Shown: piece after piece, positions 14,466-28,205 of the stretch
Position numbering within the stretch: position 1 is the first letter of the stretch
Layout of the letters: every line of letters begins with the position of its first letter
DNA from: Camelus dromedarius
Lineage: Eukaryota
Reading direction: 5' to 3'
DNA: 64,000 nucleotides
NCBI RefSeq assembly: GCF_036321535.1
Contig: NC_087436.1
Location: 91,886,001-91,950,000, forward strand
Position numbers and translations under genes: made by a program
The notes under the pieces: model-generated
The model's database searches: none
What the model saw: the letters and a program-made list of their open reading frames with translations, nothing else
What the model was told of the DNA's origin: nothing

Positions 14466-15090
14466 TTCTTTTTCATTATAGGCTATTACAAGATATTCAA
14501 TATATTTCCCTGGGCTAAATAGTAAGACCTTGTTGTTTTTCTATTTTATATGTAGTAGTTAGTATATTCAAATTCTAGGATCCTAATTTATTCCTCCCTT
14601 GCTTCTTTCTCCTGGTAACCATAAGTTTGCTTTCTATGTCTGGGAGTCTGTCTCTGTTTTGTAAATAAGTTCATTTGTGTTGATTTTTTTTATATAATAC
14701 ATATACTTGTAGCATATACTTGTCTTTGTCTGACTTACTTCACTTAGTATGATAATCTCTAGGTCCATCCATATTGCTGCAAATGGCTTTATTTAATTTT
14801 TCATGGCTGAGTAGTATTCCATTGCATATACATACCACATCTTCTTTAGTCAATCATCTGTTGATGGACATTTAGGTTGCTTCTATGTCTTGGCTATTGT
14901 AAATGGTGCTGTTATAAACAGTGGGGTGCATATATCTTTTTGAATTAGAATTTCCTCTGGATATATGCCCAGGAGTTGGATTGCTGGATCATAGGGTAAG
15001 TCTACTTTTAGTTTTTTAAGGAATTTCCATACTGTTTTCCATAGTGGCTGCACCAAATTACATTCCCACTTACAGTGTAGGAGGGATTGT
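14361..15090 (-). mobile_element. 5'-truncated young L1 (3' UTR plus end of ORF2) with 12-bp TSD
   Basis: ORF 14883..15170 contains the L1 ORF2 C-terminal string [40 protein letters not shown] gaagggaatctt at 14349-14360 and 15091-15102. Confidence 0.92.
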
Positions 15091-15399
15091 GAAGGGAATC
15101 TTAAAAAAGGGAAACTGATAGTGGAACATATTGAAAGTAAGATTTGGATTAATAGACCAATGCATGACACATATTCAGCTTGAGGAGTATTCCAGGTTGG
15201 TCTCTGAGCTTCCTTACATCCATCAAAGAAATTTGAGCAAACTTACAGGGGTCATTGTATATGTGGAATGAAAACAAAACAGATAATACAAATCATCTTA
15301 TTTTTTCCTGATACTTAACGAGAGAGAGGACAGAGTAAAACTATTTTACTCCCTTCCCCTCTCCAAAGCCACCCCTTTAAAAAGAATAAAAGAAATGTA

Positions 15400-17050
15400 A
15401 AATCTGTCTTCAATGAAACAGGGGGACATTTGTGACCCTAAAACACAGTATCATAAAGGGAGAGTAAATGACTAAGGAGAGATAAAGTCAAAGCTAAGAG
15501 AAAAAGAAGGGAGGAGAATTTTAGTCTCCTGGCCAAACTCCAGAAAGGCTTAGGAATTGCAGGAACAAGTTATATTTAAAGGCAGAGAGGAGGTGAGAGG
15601 CTGAAACAGGAGAACTGTTCAAAAATCTGTTTCACAGCAATCAGATCTCCACATAGTCCTCATCTCCCTCCCACTTATGGAGTCAGGTGACCATTCTTCC
15701 CTGCCCTTGTAGGAGTAGAAGTGTTACCTCTGGAGAAACTGAGACAGAGTGGCCCTTGCTTTGGGGACAGAGGATGTGGTTTGTGCGAGAAAGAGGAGAC
15801 AAGGAGGCCTTAGTGAGCCCGGGGTCTAGGGTACCATCTCCCTTGCCTTCATTGGCTCAGGACACCAAAAACCAGGTATCTGTTCATTAGGCAGAAGACT
15901 GAAGGACCTTCTTTTGGAAAGCTGAATCACTCCAGAAAAGAGTCCTGTAGATACTGACAGGAGAACAAGTCTAGTTCATGACATCAGAGTGAAATCACCA
16001 ATCTACAAGCTACCTCCATGAAATCAAGTCTTTAGTGCCCCACTCGTAAATATGATCACTAAAGTTCTGAGTATGAAAGATAAAGCATGACAAATAAAAA
16101 CTAAAACAACACTTAACTCAGAACAGAGACAATGTAGGTTAAAATAAGAACATTAAACATATATACCTATATGTATAATATTTGAAAGATATTTTAAAAA
16201 GATATTGCATCCTCAAAAAAAGATCAAAGTCACATTAAAAGAAAGAATATTAGAAGAATTTAAAAAATCCCCTAGAGATTAAAAAGTGATATCAAAAATA
16301 TCAATTTCCAAAAAATGGACAAAAGAGGTTAGGAAAAGCTAACAATTTATTTTTTAAATATTTATGTATTTATATGTAAAATAGAAGAGAAAAGATAAAA
16401 TAATTAAAGGAGCAATCCATGAGATTCAACAGCCAGTTTCAGGAAGAAAAACACAGGAAATACTTGAGGGGAAGAAATAAAGACCATTTCTCCAATCTAG
16501 ATGGACATGATTCTCCAGAATGTAACTCAGTGAATCAAAAAGTTTCTGAGGCACATTACCATGAAATCTCAAAACACCCAGGATAGAGAAAACATTGTAA
16601 GGAAAAATTCAGAGCAAATAAACATGTCACATATAAGAATGGCATACCAGAATGGCAAGCGACTTCTCAAAACAACACTTGAAGCAAGAAAACAAAAAAT
16701 AAATTATTTTAGGACATAATCTTTGTCATCTAAAGTTTTATGTAAGTCATCTTTATTAATCAAAGTTTTGAGTAAAATTATGACATTTTCAAATTTTCAA
16801 AAAAGATACTGCCTATGTATGTTTCCCTAGGCAGTTGCTAGAAGATATTTTCCAGCAAAAATGAGGTAAGTAAACTAAAATAAGAAAGGTTCTTCAAAGC
16901 GGAGAGTTAGAGGGACTCCCCCAGGAAAGTGCTCTATAGCGTAAAACATTTCAGAGCAAACAGGAAGTTGGAGCATCCAGGAAAAAGATTTTTCTTCAGA
17001 AATAAGCAATCAATTATACAACAGGTTTGACCAAATAGGAAATTATAACA
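15400..17050 (+). mobile_element. Ancient L1ME/HAL1-type 5'/ORF1 relic
   Basis: A-rich strand with gaggcacattaccatgaaatctcaaaacacccaggatagag...cagaatggcaagcgacttctcaaaacaacacttgaagcaagaaaacaa, typical of old ORF1 ends. Confidence 0.6.
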
Positions 17051-17588
17051 ACTAATATTTTATATACTTGTTGGGGAGCATCATACATCTTAGATCTCAA
17101 CATTACTTTAATACGTCATACCCTAACTATTTTATTTGCATGTTAGTAATTCTCAGTTGCATGTCAAAAATCAAGTTCCTCTTCTTTCTTAAAAAGTCTC
17201 AGCAGCATAGACTGTGAGGTGGAAAACGTCACTTCTCCCCCTTTATTGTCATTGTGAAAGACAGCTTTTTTCTGTGAAAGGCAAAATTTACAAAATTGTA
17301 TAGTGGATGAGTGAAAAAGTTCTATTTAACCAATTTCTATAACAAAGATTTTTTTCTTTTTCTAACCAAACTGTGCTTCTGACACTTCTCCATTTAAGAC
17401 TCGCATTTGTCACTTTACTTAAATGCTGACATGAATCAAACTGCTGAGGGCTCTTTCAGGAAACAGCCTGTGACTTTTTTCAGTGTTTTTTAAACCACTT
17501 GCGTGAGCTGGGTGTCTGGTGGTAAATTTGTTTTGAGCTTTCAGGAGCCTGGAACTATCTGGGTCACTGCTCCACTCTGGACACATAC

Positions 17589-17790
17589 CTCTCGACCATA
17601 TGCTTTGAGAACACCTCACACCAGCTCCGCACAGGAGGAAATGCTCTTGAGTTGGCTGGTGCTTTTGCACTGATTGCGCAGATCAAGAAAAATCGTCCAG
17701 GGTCCATGAACAATTCATTCTTATTCAAGTTATCCCCTTTTGCAATTGCACTAGAACCTATTCCCATAAGGTATCGGAATGTGGTCTTAA
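17589..17790 (-). pseudogene. Internal exon, 202 nt, open: (V)KTTFRYLMGIGSSAIAKGDNLNKNELFMDPGRFFLICAISAKAPANSRAFPPVRSWCEVFSKHMVE(R)
   Basis: Acceptor TTTCTTTGTATTTTGTATTGTAG|, donor GAG|GTATGT, phase 1 to 2, no stops. Lies within ORF 17564..17824. Confidence 0.8.
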
Positions 17791-20399
17791 CTACAATACA
17801 AAATACAAAGAAATTAAAATTCATCTTAGTAAATGTTTTCCAGTGTCTACATCCCTGTCATACCTTACATTCTTCACATTCCTTTAAATAATTAAATGTA
17901 TCACTGGGGACTCTTTTAATGAGATTGATTTGGAACATAAATCAAAGATGTGAAATGGAAATTAAAGATTTCTAGGTGTCACTGTCTTAAAACTCTTTTT
18001 GAAGACACTTCCAAATGGACTATTATGCTGCCTCCAAGGGGGCCTCTGAGATCATCTGACTTTATACTGAATGGTCCACATGCCCAGGATGGGTGGCGTT
18101 TAAGCCATATTTAAGTCACTTTGTAGGCTAGGCTGAAATTTGACTTCAACAATGGAAAATTCCTGTGGTTCATATTTGGGTCTCACAAAAATAGTATAAG
18201 AAAAAAATGAGATTTTTACCTCCACTTTAAGAAATGTTTCAAGAAATCTGTGCAGAAGAACCAGAAGGAAAATGAGAACTTGCTATATCTATGCAAATTG
18301 GTACTTGTTACTCATTTCCTGATACTAGACATTTTCTTTTATGCATATTCCTAGTTCAGGAAGAAGCTAAGACAGTAAGTAAGAAGAGCCACCGGCAGCC
18401 CGACCAGAGCCCACAAAATCTAATAGAACCTATTAGCCATTGGTGAGATGCCTGAGCTTGCAATACGTATACTCTGAAATGCACTTTGGAGAACTTAGGA
18501 AACTCACCAGTTGCACGACTTAACCTTACCTTGTTCATGTGAAGTGCTGAAATCAAAGTTAACTTTGGGCAGTGTCAGTTAAATGTCTGCATTTATTTTT
18601 AAACATGAATGAAAATCTACAATATTTCCCCTGAAGGCAGACAAGAGTCTTAATGGTTGTTAAAGCTTTCCAAATATCTTTCAGGTACATTTTTAAAGCC
18701 TCGGGTCTCTTACAATGAGTGTTTCCGTCTCATGGAATAACTTCTTCCTCTTCTTTATCATTTTTATACCCTAGACGTAAGCTGACATTTAGCAAGGGCT
18801 TACGGAAAAAAATAAGATCTCCTTATTATTGTAAGGACCATTCTTCAGGTCAAAATATGTTCTACTAGAAGGAAAAAAAAAAGGTAAAAGAATCCCATAT
18901 TATAGGAAGATTTGTCACCTTAGTTTATTTTGTGGAAACTAGGAGTTTCCAATCATATTTCATATGGCAGAGTGGTGAATACTGGTCCAATATTATTGGA
19001 TACTTGAAGTTCATCTTTGTCTACTTTTTGTGCACGTCCACTAAGAGTTAAGATGACTTTTGAACCCTGGGATTATCTTAAAATATTTGTCTGTAACAAA
19101 GGCTTTACTGCAGACAGACTGCATTATTCACAAAAGGTCTAGTTTTGACATATGGTTCTCTGCATGAGTTCAACTGCTGGCTGACTCCCCATCTGTGAGC
19201 TTTCCTGCCGGCCAGAATCAATACCATTTTGTAACAGGGCACGGCCATTATTCCTTTGTAGAAACAGACATTTGTCTCCTGTGTCCCAAGTCATCCATGG
19301 TCTGTACTACATATTGAGTTGCTCAATCAAAAAAAAACCGGTATCTTGTATTCTGTTTCATGTTTGTATGATTTGTTCTCCCAAAGGAATTTGCCAAGTC
19401 AGGAACTATGTTTTGCATATTTTTGAAACTATCATAGTTTCATAATAGTGCTAGATACATTGGTAGGTGTTTATCAACTATTGAATTGAAAGCCTTATGT
19501 AGACACTAACCACTAAATGCATTTTGTATTTTATTTCTGTAATTTAATGAGAAAACCCATTATAGAATATGAATATTTATGCACAACCTTACCTTCCCCC
19601 AGGCATTAAGTCTTTAGGAAGTCTAAGTAGAAAACAGTAACAGCTTAGCCATGACACAAATTAAAGTAAGTATATCCCAGAGAAAGGTGGATGCAAAATG
19701 TGGTGGGTGCTACCACAGGATGTGGGAGGTGGGGGATAAATAATGAAACTTCCAGGCTATCTCCTGCTCTTTTATTTATTTATTTACTTACTTACTAACT
19801 AACTAAATAGGAGAGTCATTGTAAACTGAGGTTCCCCTAAAAGGAAATTGAACTTGACAGCTAAGAGAGCAGAAGTAAACATTCACCGCCCTAACAAAGC
19901 AGAGAAGAACATGGCAGAACTGATTACCTAAGATGTAGTCTACACGATTCTCAGAACAGAAAAAAAAAAAAAAAAGAACAAGAAAAAACAAAGTAGGACA
20001 AGAGAGAAAAGTTATTCTTATTCTTGACTAAGAATAAATCATACTTTCACAAGTGTATAGTTATGTTTACATAACTATAAACAAGAGTTTTCACTTAGTA
20101 AAGTAAAATGTATGATTTTTTGAGAATTTTTATAAAATTCCAATGAAAAATTATCCTCTAGATATTTGTAGATAGATCACAAGAACTAAGTAGACATTTT
20201 TAACTATTGCAGTTGTGATTCTGTTGCCAGAGTGAGGAAAAGATGGGCTGTGTGTGTGGAGGGCGACTATTGGGAATTCCTTTGGCCTCCTTCCAATTCC
20301 TAGCCCCGCCTTAGTTTTCTCCTCTATTTTACTGGAAAGTGCATTCCTATTGTTTCCTAAGGAAAGAAAACATACGTATGTATTTTATTCCTTTTAAAC

Positions 20400-21350
20400 A
20401 GCTTTTAAAATTTACTCTTTATCCATATGCTATTCTGAAGTTTCACAACAGTATTACTTTGTGTGTGTTTGGTGCGCCATCGTGCTCAGCCATCAGTGGA
20501 TCTTTCCAATCTGAATTTCCCCAGCTTCCTTCAACCCTGAGAATTGCCTTGAACCATTTCTTTGACAGCGTCTCCCTTTGATTTTATCTCTTCCTTCTTT
20601 CTGGAACTCCTCTTATTTTTCTCTGGAAACTCCTTTCTCTCTTCTTTTCCTTTTTGTTTTTCTTCCTGGGTGATTTTTTTCAACTTTATTTTCTAAGCCC
20701 TCTATTAAATTCTCATTTCTGAAATCATGATGACTTTTAACTTCCATGATCTTTTCCTTGCTGCCTGATTCTTTATTTTATTCTCCTTCTCTGGTTTCAA
20801 TATTGAAATATCTTCATTTATTTTTCTCAAAGTATTCATTATGTTCCCTTTTTTTTTCTTTCAGCTTTCTGTTTCCCCTGCATTGTCTCTGTTTCCTCCT
20901 GTTCAGTCTGGTCTTTGTCGTTCACGATTTTAGAGATTTTCTTGATTGATGCATGGATTTCTGTTCCCATTTAAGAGTAAACAGGGAAAAGCTCACTGGA
21001 AGTTGTGTGTATGCAGAGTGGAAAGTCAGAAAGCTAAGCATCGGGCTTCATTAAAAATCGTACCTCAGTGCTATTGTCTGTACATCGGTTCTCTTTTCTC
21101 TCAACCTGCCCATTTCTCCAGAGAGAAATCTCTGTCTCCTCCCAGGACTGAGGCCAGAATTCTCTGAACCAAATGGGTAAAGGGGCAGAGACCTTCCCAT
21201 TTAGTATTCAGACTTTCACATGGCCCTGCTCTCTTCACATCCTTGGGACTGGAAGACGAGGTTTTACTCTTCAGAGAGTGACATTTCCCTCTCCAGCAGG
21301 GTGAGAAGGAAAACTGTCTGTGGAAAGACATCTGGGCATCTCACTGCTTT
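20400..21350 (-). mobile_element. Ancient L1ME/HAL1-type relic
   Basis: T-rich strand with tttttcaactttattttctaagccctctattaaatt...ttttaacttccatgatc, antisense ORF1-like. Confidence 0.5.
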
Positions 21351-21359
21351 TATACAATT

Positions 21360-22150
21360 GATGTTACACAAACAAGACCCAAGACTATGACCTCCAGTGC
21401 CTCCAAGACTGTGACGCTGCTGGAGAGAGAAGGCAGGAGGTTTTATAGTAAAAGTTCATGAGTTCAAGGGATGGAGCCAGTTGCCATGGGGATTGTACAC
21501 AGGGTAACAAATTGTTGCAAAGTTGTTCTCGTTTTTGCAGATGCAGTAGTCCCCTTCCTTCTGCTGGGTGTGAAGCTCATCTTTGGCTTTGGAACTCTCT
21601 TAATATTCTTGTACCTGGAACAAAGGATGCATAGGAAGGGGCTCCGTGGAAAAGAGCTCTAGAAAAAAACTTGTGTGGTTTAAAGTCAGATTGATAAATG
21701 ATAAATGGGACCTCCTGCTGTAGGTGGAGGCTGGCAGCTCCAAAAACAGGACACAAGGAAAACCACAAGGGGTCAAGAGCATGGCACTAGGGGCGAGAGC
21801 AGGGCACTGAGTGTGAACCCTGCATACAACACCACAGTGGGGTTGGGCCGACCACCCAAGCCTCCCTCCTCTCCAGTCCAACCCCGGTCAGCAAGAGCAT
21901 GAGAAAAACCCTTTAAACCATCATATAGTTAAGCAGTTACAAACATCATTACAGATATCAGATGGTCACAAATGATGGCAGTAGTGTCTTGCTTGGTTAC
22001 ACTCTCTCCTGGACTCCTTTGTGAGATCCTGGGAAAACCCCATGAGAACTTCCGTTGCAGCTCCTTGACATCGGAAATGCATGCTTCCCTTGAAATAGCA
22101 TAGACATCTCCTCTTAAGCTCTGCTTTCCCAGAGTTTCTATCTCATAGGG
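21360..22150 (-). mobile_element. Probable ERV (class I-like) LTR/internal fragment
   Basis: GC-richer block with minus-strand CTATAAAA (ggttttatag at about 21440) and LTR-like composition; family not identified. Confidence 0.4.
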
Positions 22151-22607
22151 ACATTACTCTTGAGGTCCACTTGCCCATAAGCAGAAGATCTCTTGGTATA
22201 GAACTAAACATCCCCCAGCTAGCTCTCTCACTCTACCCTTACAAATCCATGAAGTGCATAGTAATCTATACTCTGCTGTCTTGGGCCATTTCATCGTCCT
22301 CAAGCAAGAATCAGACATCAGCCATTTTTATTTCCCTGATATAGGGAACACATTTCAGTATCTCTAATTGTGGTCCAGGGAAGCCCTCTTCACGAGGCTG
22401 GAAGAAAAGAAAGAAAATAACAGCATACAAAAACTCTCTCCAAAGAACTTGGTTGATAAAATTTGTTTTCCCTACTTTCTGAACAACTGTGCATTCTACA
22501 AATAAGTGATAAAATCAAGAGACAGAGAGCAAATTTCGCTTCATTTCTCTTACAAATGATGCCCTCATGATCTGGGACCTCACTATGAAACGTCGTGTTC
22601 ACCCTAC

Positions 22608-22761
22608 CATTGTATCTTGTTGCAAATTTACGTGTAAAACTCTGCTTCACAAACTCTTTGGCCCACCATCAGAGGTACTGATGCCTCTACTTCTTGAACA
22701 TGTCTGTTCAAGATATTTGATATCCTTATCACCTTCTTTTGTTGAGTCTTCTCTTAGACGA
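22608..22761 (-). pseudogene. Internal exon, 154 nt, disrupted; ends ...WWAKEFVKQSFTRKFATRYN
   Basis: Acceptor CTAATCTCTACCAG|, donor ATG|GTAGGG. Phase-1 end joins the 17790 exon. The 5' part needs either a frameshift (from the RLREDSTKEGDKDIKYLEQ frame) or five stops. Confidence 0.6.
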
Positions 22762-23229
22762 CTGGTAGAGATTAGATTTAGAATGGAAAAAATTAATAAG
22801 CCCTTTGTACATAGTCGGTTGCCAAATAATTTAATGTACATGATGAACAAATTCAGACCAAGGTTTTAACAATTTTTAGGGCCTTGATATATTATTACTC
22901 TCCTTCATTTGCAAAAAAAAAAAAAGCACATTCTAACTGAAGATTCCTGAGGAATGAATCTGTAAATGTAGAAATGTAAGCTCCCTGACAGGTGGAGAAA
23001 AAGGAATTTTAAGCTGGCACAAATGATTATGATGAGAGTGAAGTATAATGCGGAAACACCCAGATGACAGAGCAGGCAGACAGTTTAATTCTAGGGGAAA
23101 AAAATTCACAACTGCCACACTTCAGTTTGAATGCTACTCTAACAGCATGGGTAATTCTTTATACTAAACATCTGAGTTCTTCTGAGAATTAATTCAATTA
23201 CAAATGTTGAAGAAAAATGTATGATTAGC

Positions 23230-23358
23230 CTAGTCCCCTAGCAGAGTCTTCGTCAATCCCAATATTCCATTTTCAAGTTCTAGACCACAGAGGGTCTGAA
23301 TGTATGGCCTTATGGTGACTGTACACATACCCTTTTGGCTATGGTTATGAAAGATGTC
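23230..23358 (-). pseudogene. Candidate exon DIFHNHSQKGMCTVTIRPYIQTLCGLELENGILGLTKTLLGD*; donor uncertain
   Basis: Strong acceptor TTTGTTTTGTGTTTCCAAG|. Phase 0 matches the 26380 exon end. Possible donor AGG|GTATGT after only 28 nt (23331), otherwise no canonical donor. Confidence 0.45.
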
Positions 23359-24009
23359 CTTGGAAACACAAAACAAAGTGTTTGCTGTGTATACACTCAG
23401 AAAGTGCCACATCAGGATGTCCTAACAAAAATCAGTTTCCTGAAGTTGGGTTAGGGTTAGGGATAAGCCTGGGCCAGCTTCTGGGCCTAGTCCCCAAGAT
23501 CCTGTATGTTGAGATGATGTTTATGTCGAGAAGAGTACGACGATACTGAGTTCTTTACAGCACTTTAGGGCGTTTAGAGCTGTTTCATCCATGTGATCAT
23601 AATGAATTTTTGTGTTGAATCCATGAGATGTTTATTATGCCATTTTAGGCATAAGAAAACTGAGGCACAGGGAGCTTAAACAACTAGCCCAAGAAGAACA
23701 TCTAGGTAGTCGCAGGGCCCAAATACCAGCCGACTCACTTTGGCAAAACATCTAGTGATCTTTTTTGTGTGAAGTCCCTTATTTTAGGTTAAGGAGCTTT
23801 GCCTTGGGATCCCTTTCACCTTTGTTCTAGCCTATTCTGTCTCCTCTTCTGCCTTCCTTTCCTCTCCTCTCCCCACCCCCCATCTCCTTTTTGGGGAGGA
23901 CACCTTCCCAAGTGCCCAGTAGACTAATGGCTCTGGTTACCCTGAATACTATCAATGAGAAACTGTTCAGTGTCCCTTCTGGGGTAACATTCTAGGACTG
24001 TGAACCTCT

Positions 24010-25432
24010 TTTTTTACATGTTTTATTTTTTATTTATGTATCTTTTTATTGAAGTATAGTGGGTTTCCAATGTTGTGTTAATTTCTAGTGTACAGTATAG
24101 TGATTCAGATATATAGATATATATTCTTTTTTATTATAGGCTATTGCAAAGTACTGGGTTTAGTCACCTATGCTCTACAGTAGGACTTTGTTATTTATCT
24201 GTTTTATATATAGTAGTTAGTATCTGCAAATCCCAAACTCTCAGTTTATCCCTCTACTCTCCCCTCTCCTTTCTGGTGACCATTAGTTTGTTCTCTATGT
24301 CTGTGTGTCTGTTTCTGTTTTGTAAATAAGTTTATTTGTGTCATTTTTTTAGATTCCACGTATAAGTGATATCATATGGTATTTTTCTTTCTCTTTCTGG
24401 CCAACTTCACTTAGTATGATGATCTCCAGGCTGATCCATGTTGCTGCAAGTGGCATTATTTTATTCTTTTGTTATGGCTCTATAGTATTCCAATGTATCA
24501 ATATACCACAGCTTCTTTATCCAATCACCTGTTGATGGACATTTAGGTTGTTTCCATGTCTTGGCTGTTGTAAATAGTGCTGTTATGAATATTGGAGTGC
24601 ATGTATCTTTTCAAATTAGCATTCCCTCAGGATGTATGTCCAGGAATGGGATTGCTGGTTCATTTTGTAAGTCTATTTTCAGTTTTTTAGGGAATCTCCA
24701 TACTGTTTTCCATAATGGCTGCACCAAACTACATTCCCAGCAACAGTGTAAGAGGGCTCCCTTTTCTCCTCACCCTCTCCAGCATTTATCCTTTATGGAC
24801 TTTTTAATGATGGCCACTCTGACTGATGTGAGGTGATACCTCATTGATGTTTTTGTTTACATTTCTCTGATAATTAGCAATATTGAGCATCTTTTCATGT
24901 GCCTTTTGGCCATTTGTATGTCTTCATTGAAGAAATATTTGTTTAGGTCTTCTGCTCACTTTTGGATCATGCTGTTTGTTTTTTGTTACTGAGTTGTATG
25001 AGCTGTTTATATATTCTGGAAATAAAGTCTTGTCAATTGCATCATTTGCAGATATTTTCTCCCATTTCTGTAGGTTGTTTTTCTGTTTTATTTATTGTTT
25101 CCCTTGCTGTGCAAAAGCTTATAAGTTTAACTAGGTCCCATTTGTTGATTTTTGCTTTTATTTCTATTGCCTAGATATACTGCCCTAGGAGAACATTGCT
25201 GCAATTTATATTAAAGAATGTTTTCCCTATGTTCTCTTCTAGAACGTTTATGGTGTCTTATCTTATGTTTAAGTCTTTAAGTCATTTTGAGTTTATTTTT
25301 CTGTATGGTGTGAAGGAGTGTTTTAACTTCATTGATTTACAGGAAGCTGTCCAGCTTTCCCAACACCACTTGTCAAAGAGACTGTTTTTACTCCATTGTA
25401 TATTCTTGGCTCCTTTGTTGAAGATTAACCAT
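24010..25432 (-). mobile_element. 5'-truncated young L1, about 1.4 kb
   Basis: tttattgaagtatagt...ccagcatttatc...gtgaggtgatacctcattg...ttgttgaagattaac, continuous antisense L1 3' UTR and ORF2 end. Confidence 0.92.
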
Positions 25433-25769
25433 AGCTGTGTGGCCTCTTTCTTGATTTCAAAGTCTAGTGGTGCTGTTGACTCCTTCCTGGAAGGCTCAGC
25501 TCTCAGTAGGCTGAAGCAGCACTGGTCAGTGATCTGAAGGAGTCATACCCACCAAGATGCCACTGCCTGATGTGAGGTCAGGTGTTTCTCATGGTTTCTA
25601 GACTTTAAGTTCATATAAGGCGACAAAGAGACTCAGCCTTGGCTATGAACCATGAATGTCAGTAGCACGCTGCCTGGCAATTTCTCTTGCTCCTACCTTT
25701 TCTCTCTCCACTCAGTCTTGCCTTAATCAGAGATTCCAAACAGAACATCAGAGATTAAACTCTGGACCA

Positions 25770-25917
25770 GCCTCCTCCTCCACTTCCTCCTCCCTGCATT
25801 CCTTCCCTTTTCCCTTCCCCTCCTTCTGTTTCCTCACCTCCTCTTCCTCCTCCTTGTCTTCTTCCTCTTCCCCCTCCTCCTGCTTCTCTTTCTTGTCCCT
25901 CTCCTCCTCCTCCCCTT
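25770..25917. repeat. C/T-rich low-complexity tract, (CCT/CTT)n-like
   Basis: About 150 nt nearly pure pyrimidine on the + strand. Confidence 0.9.
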
Positions 25918-26379
25918 GGGCCATGTAATCTGTGGTTTGCCATCATTCTCACCCTCCCATCACTTTACATTAAACCAGCTTCACTTATCTGCTTGAATTT
26001 TCTGTCTTCTGAACATTTGAAGTTGTGACTCCTGATCTAGGTCATTAGTGTTCACTTCACTTCCTGTAATCATTCTTCTTCCTTTCCTTACCTCACATGG
26101 ACATTTGGTCTCCCCAATGCCAGGAACTCCACCCTCAATTTTTTCGACCTTAACTCTTTGATCTTTAGCTTGCTGTATTTCCTCAGCTACAGATTGCATA
26201 TTCAACATCAGCTTTATAACATCTAATTTCTTTCATTTTAAAGAAGATGTCAAATATGACAACATATTAATGATTATCAATTCTGGGTAGTGGTAGGTGA
26301 CATTTATTTCAACATTTTATGTATTTTATGTATCTTAAGACATTTCCCAAATAAGAATAAAACTTTTAGTAACTCTTAC

Positions 26380-26550
26380 TTCTTCAAACCCCATACAGTT
26401 TAACCCTGGATGCAGCTGTTCATCGGGTGTGCCCTGAGCTATCCCTTCTTCTTCAGCCTGTGCATGTGCAGCTTTAGACATAAAATACTCTTCCCAATGT
26501 AGTAAATTACAGCCAAAGACAGTTGTGTCTGAAGACAGTGTATTTGAGTA
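26380..26550 (-). pseudogene. Internal exon, 171 nt, open: YSNTLSSDTTVFGCNLLHWEEYFMSKAAHAQAEEEGIAQGTPDEQLHPGLNCMGFEE
   Basis: Acceptor TTGTTCCCTGAACAG|, donor GAA|GTAAGA, phase 0-0, 57 open codons. Confidence 0.75.
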
Positions 26551-27771
26551 CTGTTCAGGGAACAATGCCTTGATCCAAAGGAATAAAGCTTAGGGGTGGA
26601 ATATCAGACACCTACTCTCTAGTTCAGAGTTTCAAAGCAGGTCATGTACAGAAAATCTGCATCTGGGTGACCCCATCTTTTCAGGATCAAGACTGAGGTG
26701 CACAGGTGGCTCTTTGGTGTTTTACAGCTCTGTAATTTGTTTTCCTTCCTCTGGGCTGTCACATTTGAGAGCTGCCTTTCTGAGCCTCTTGCATGAACAG
26801 AATGCTTCCCTCCTCACGTGCAACCCACTTATCTCCTGCTCAATCATCACGAATTTGCTTACACAGCACTTTCTCAAGCAGACTTGACAAGAAACCCCAA
26901 ATCGGGTTGGGTTCCTTCAGTTATATTTTGTCATTGTAATTATTTGTTACGTGTCTGTCTTCCCACCAGGCAGAATGCAACGTGGAGGCAGGACCAGACC
27001 CAGCTTAGTCACTGAGGCATTAGAGTGCCGTGCTCATCATCAAGTATGCAGTATGTATTTAACAAATACTTGTTGAATGAAGGAAGGAGGAAAGTGATAA
27101 TGGGATGGTGAGGCAAGATAATTAGTTTTCTAGCGTCCATGAATCAGCCAACATCTTGAGCTTTTGGCTTCTATTTCCTACTTCTCTGCACATTTAATTT
27201 CATCACCTTTTGCCTGGGCTGAGATTCTCAATGAAAGTGTCTGGGGAAAGGTTCACACAGGGATGATTGTGACTTTTGTAATCATTAATAACTGAGGGTT
27301 TTTGTGGCAGAAGTCTCAGTACCCCTCCTGCCACTGAAGCCTAAGAAGAAAACACTTAATTCTCAATAACGTCTGTCTAATAAATCTGGGCTTCAACAAA
27401 GTTAATTAACTGGAAAGCATGTAACTTGGAAAACCCCATTAAACCTCTCCTAGATTAAATGCTGATGAGAGGCTGGACCAATACCCACGTTGAATCTCTG
27501 ACTTTGCTGTCAATCTTGTGGAATGGGGCAAGTTGGCTGCCAGTGGAACCACCTGGATACAGTGACAAAGAATATGTTAAAGCAACTTTTCAGACAAATG
27601 GGTTATGAACACATGTCAACGTTTTATTTCAAACATGCCCTAAAGGAAAAGGCTCTTAGGAAGACTGTCTCAGTGATTTCTCTGTAGTAGAGATATTTTA
27701 TAGTAGAAAAGATAATAAAAAGGCTGGGGGAGGTGTCTGATTAAAAAATAATTAGGAAAGAAATTAACGGT

Positions 27772-28205
27772 TGTCTTAGTCAGTTTGGGCTGTTATAACA
27801 AAGTACCATAAGACTGGGTAACTTATAAACAACAGAAATTTATTTCTCACTGTCTTGAAGTTGAGAAATTGACGATCAAGTCACCAGCAGATTCGATGTC
27901 TAGTGAAGACCTGCTTCCGGGTTCACAAATGGCCGTCTTCTCCCCATGCCCTCACGTGGAGGAGAGAGAGAAAAAGCAACTTATACTATCTCTTACAAAG
28001 GCATTAACCCCATTTATGAGGGCTACACTTTCATGACCTAATTACCTCCTAAAGGTCTCACCTCCTAAGACATTGAAGGTGAGGATGTCAACATATGAAT
28101 TAGGGCGCAGGACACAAACATTCAGTTTATAGCATTCCACCCCTGGCCCCCAAAATCCATGTCTCTATCACTGGCAAATACATTCATTCTATCCCAAATA
28201 ACAGC
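27772..28205 (-). mobile_element. MLT1A-like LTR plus adjoining MaLR internal stub
   Basis: tgtcttagtcagtttgggctgttataacaaagtaccataagactggg...cattcagtttatagca, followed by ttccacccctggcccccaaaatccatgtc (internal end). Confidence 0.85.

Noticed and set aside
14883..15170. 95-aa ORF with a recognisable protein motif
   Set aside because: C-terminal fragment of L1 ORF2 in a truncated copy, not a host gene.
24144..25537. Several + strand ORFs (also 33280..33582 and 49122..49376 on minus)
   Set aside because: Antisense or off-frame translations of L1 fragments.
25656..25952. Ser-rich and Gly/Glu-rich ORFs
   Set aside because: Translations of a low-complexity tract.
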